A DNA stretch of 64,000 bases from Pristiophorus japonicus (lineage: Eukaryota). The stretch is from positions 176,886,001 to 176,950,000 of the forward strand of contig NC_091990.1 of assembly GCF_044704955.1 (NCBI RefSeq), written 5' to 3'. Below are positions 61,240 to 64,000 of the stretch, piece after piece. Position numbers and translations under genes: made by a program. Numbering within the stretch: position 1 is the first letter of the stretch; every line of letters begins with the position of its first letter. The notes beneath the pieces were generated by a model. That model had not been told where the DNA came from, ran no database searches, and saw only the letters and a list, made by a program, of their open reading frames with translations.

Positions 61240-64000
61240 CACATTGGTACCAACGACATAGGTAAAAAAAGGGATGAGGTCCTACGAAACAAATTTAAGG
61301 AGCTAGGAGCTTAACTAAAAAGTAGGACCTCAAAAGTAGTAATCTCGGGATTGCTACCAGTGCCACGTGCTAGTCAGAGTAGGAATCGCAGGATAGCGCA
61401 GATGAATACGTGGCTTGAGCAGTGGTGCAGCAGGGAGGGATTCAAATTCCTGGGGCATTGGAACCGGTTCTGGGGGAGGTGGGACCAGTACAAACCGGAC
61501 GGTCTGCACCTGGGCAGGACCGGAACCAATGTCCTAGGGGGAGTGTTTGCTAGTGCTGTTGGGGAGGAGTTAAACTAATATGGCAGGGGGATGGGAACCA
61601 ATGCAGGGAGACAGAGGGAAACAAAAAGGAGGCAAAAGCAAAAGACAGAAAGGAGATGAGAAAAAGTGGAGGGCAGAGAAACCCAAGGCAAAGAACAAAA
61701 AGGGCCATTGGACAGCAAAATTCTAAAAGGACAAAGGGTGTTAAAAAAACAAGCCTGAAAGCTTTGTGTCTTAATGCAAGGAGTATCCGCAATAAGGTGG
61801 ATGAATTAACTGTGCAAATAGATGTTAACAAATATGATGTGATTGGGATTACGGAGACATGGCTCCAGAATGATCAGGGCTGGGAACTCAACATCCAGGG
61901 GTATTCAACATTCAGGAAAGATAGAATAAAAGGAAAAGGAGGTGGGGTAGCATTGCTGGTTAAGGAGGAAATTAAGGCAATAGTTCGAAAGGACATTAGC
62001 TTGGATGATGTGGAATCTATATGGGTAGAGCTGCAGAACACCAAAGGGCAAAAAACGTTAGTGGGAGTTGTGTACAGACCTCCAAACAGTAGTAGTGTTG
62101 TTGGGAAGGGCATCAAACATGAAATTAGGGGTGCGTGCAAGAAAGGTGCAGCAGTTATAATGGGTGACTTTAATATGCACATAGATTGGGTTAACCAAAC
62201 TGGAAGCAATACGGTGGAGGAGGATTTCCTGGAGTGCATAAGGGATGGTTTTCTAGACCAATATGTCGAGGAACCAACTAGGGGGGAGGCCATCTTAGAC
62301 TGGGTGTTGTGTAATGAGAGAGGATTAATTAGCAATCTCGTTGTGCGAGGCCCCTTGAGGAAGAGTGACCATAATATGGTGGAATTCTGCATTAGGATGG
62401 AGAATGAAACAGTTAATTCAGAGACCATGGTCCAGAACATAAAGAAGGGTAACTTTGAAGGTATGAGGCATGAATTGGCTGGGATAGATTGGCGAATGAT
62501 ACTTAAGGGGTTGACTGTGGATAGGCAATGGCAGACATTTAGAGACCGCATGGATGAACTACAACAATTGTACATTCCTGTCTGGCGTAAAAATAAAAAA
62601 GGGAAGGTGGCTCAACCGTGGCTATCAAGAGAAATCGGGGATAGTATTAAAGCCAAGGAAGTGGCATACAAATTGGCCAGAAATAGCAGCGAACCCGGGG
62701 ACTGGGAGAGATTTAGAACTCAGCAGAGGAGGACAAAGGGTTTGATTAGGGCAGGGAAAATGGAGTATGAGAAGAAGCTTGCAGGGAACATTAAGACGGA
62801 TTGCAAAAGTTTCGATAGATATGTAAAGAGAAAAAGGTTAGTAAAGACAAATGTAGGTCCCCTGCAGTCAGAATCAGGGGAAGTCATAACGGGGAACAAA
62901 GAAATGGCGGACCAATTGAACAAGTACTTTGGTTCGGTATTCACTAAGGAGGACACAAACAACCTTCCGGATATAAAAGGGGTCGGAGGGTCTAGTAAGG
63001 AGGAGGAACTGAGGGAAATCCTTATTAGTCGGGAAATTGTGTTGGGGAAATTGATGGGATTGAAGGCCGATAAATCCCAGGGCCTGTTGGACTGCATCCC
63101 AGAGTACTTAAGGAGGTGGCCTTGGAAATAGTGGATGCATTGACAGTCATTTTCCAACATTCCATTGACTCTGGATCAGTTCCTATGGAGTGGAGGGTAG
63201 CCAATGTAACCCCACTTTTTAAAAAAGGAGGGAGAGAGGTAACAGGGAATTATAGACCGGTCAGCCTGACATCGGTAGTGAGTAAAATGATGGAATCAAT
63301 TGTTAAGGATGTCATAGCAGTGCATTTGGAAAGAGGTGACATGATAGGTCCAAGTCAGCATGGATTTGTGAAAGGGAAATCATGCTTGACAAATCTTCTG
63401 GAATTTTTTGAGGATGTTTCCAGTAGAGTGGACAAGGGAGAACCAGTTGATGTGGTATATTTGGACTTTCAGAAGGCTTTCGACAAGGTCCCACACAAGA
63501 GATTAATGTGCAAAGTTAAAGCACATGAGATTGAGGGTAGTGTGCTGACATGGATTGAGAACTGGTTGTCAGACAGGAAGCAAAGAGTAGGAGTAAATGG
63601 GTACTTTTCAGAATGGCAGGCAGTGACTAGTGGGGTACCGCAAGGTTCTGTGCTGGGGCCCCAGCTGTTTACACTGTATATTAATGATTTAGACGAGGGG
63701 ATTAAATGTAGTATCTCTAAATTTGTGGATGACACTAAGTTGGGTGGCAGTGTGAGCTGCGAGAAGGATGCTATGAGGCTGCAGAGCGACTTGGATAGGT
63801 TAGGTGAGTGGGCAAATGCATGGCAGATGAAGTATAATGTGGATAAATGTGAGGTTGTCCACTTTGGTGGTAAAAACAGAGAGACAGACTATTATCTGAA
63901 TGGTGACAGATTAGGAAAAGGGGAGGTGCAAAGAGACCTGGGTGTCATGGTACATCAGTCATTGAAGGTTGGCATGCAGGTACAGCAGGTGGTTAAGAAA
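61240..64000 (+). mobile_element. CR1 LINE: ORF1 SGNH-esterase end + ORF2 (APE, RT); runs off the window
   Basis: HIGTND, DGLHL; CLNARS, GITETW, MGDFN, SDH; YLDFQKAFDKVPH, GVPQGSVLGP, FVDD. Confidence 0.96.

Overview
Repeat-dense vertebrate genomic DNA. The mix of CR1, RTE, L2, Penelope, Harbinger and K02A2.6-type Gypsy elements suggests a cartilaginous fish (inference). The only recognisable host gene is a minus-strand NCR3LG1 (B7-H6)-like Ig-superfamily gene. It has a signal-peptide exon (53807-53873) with an upstream ISRE, and a V-set exon (24102-24443) whose invariant Trp is a TGA stop. No C1 or TM exon was found, and a ~350 bp duplicated flank (2632-2980 vs 54402-54752) points to a tandem cluster. 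Mobile elements include five Gypsy elements, partly nested. There are also two full-length endogenous retroviruses (3191-10876 minus; 45023-52645 plus), each with LTRs, a 5-bp TSD and a tRNA-Ser PBS. Their env genes are more alike than their RTs, and they appear to use different gag-pol recoding (UGA-CGG readthrough vs A-AAA-AAC -1 frameshift). The most unusual small object is a 211-bp poly(A)-tailed insertion (356-566, minus) built from permuted U2 snRNA pieces and flanked by an exact 75-bp target duplication. Identity counts are by eye and approximate.
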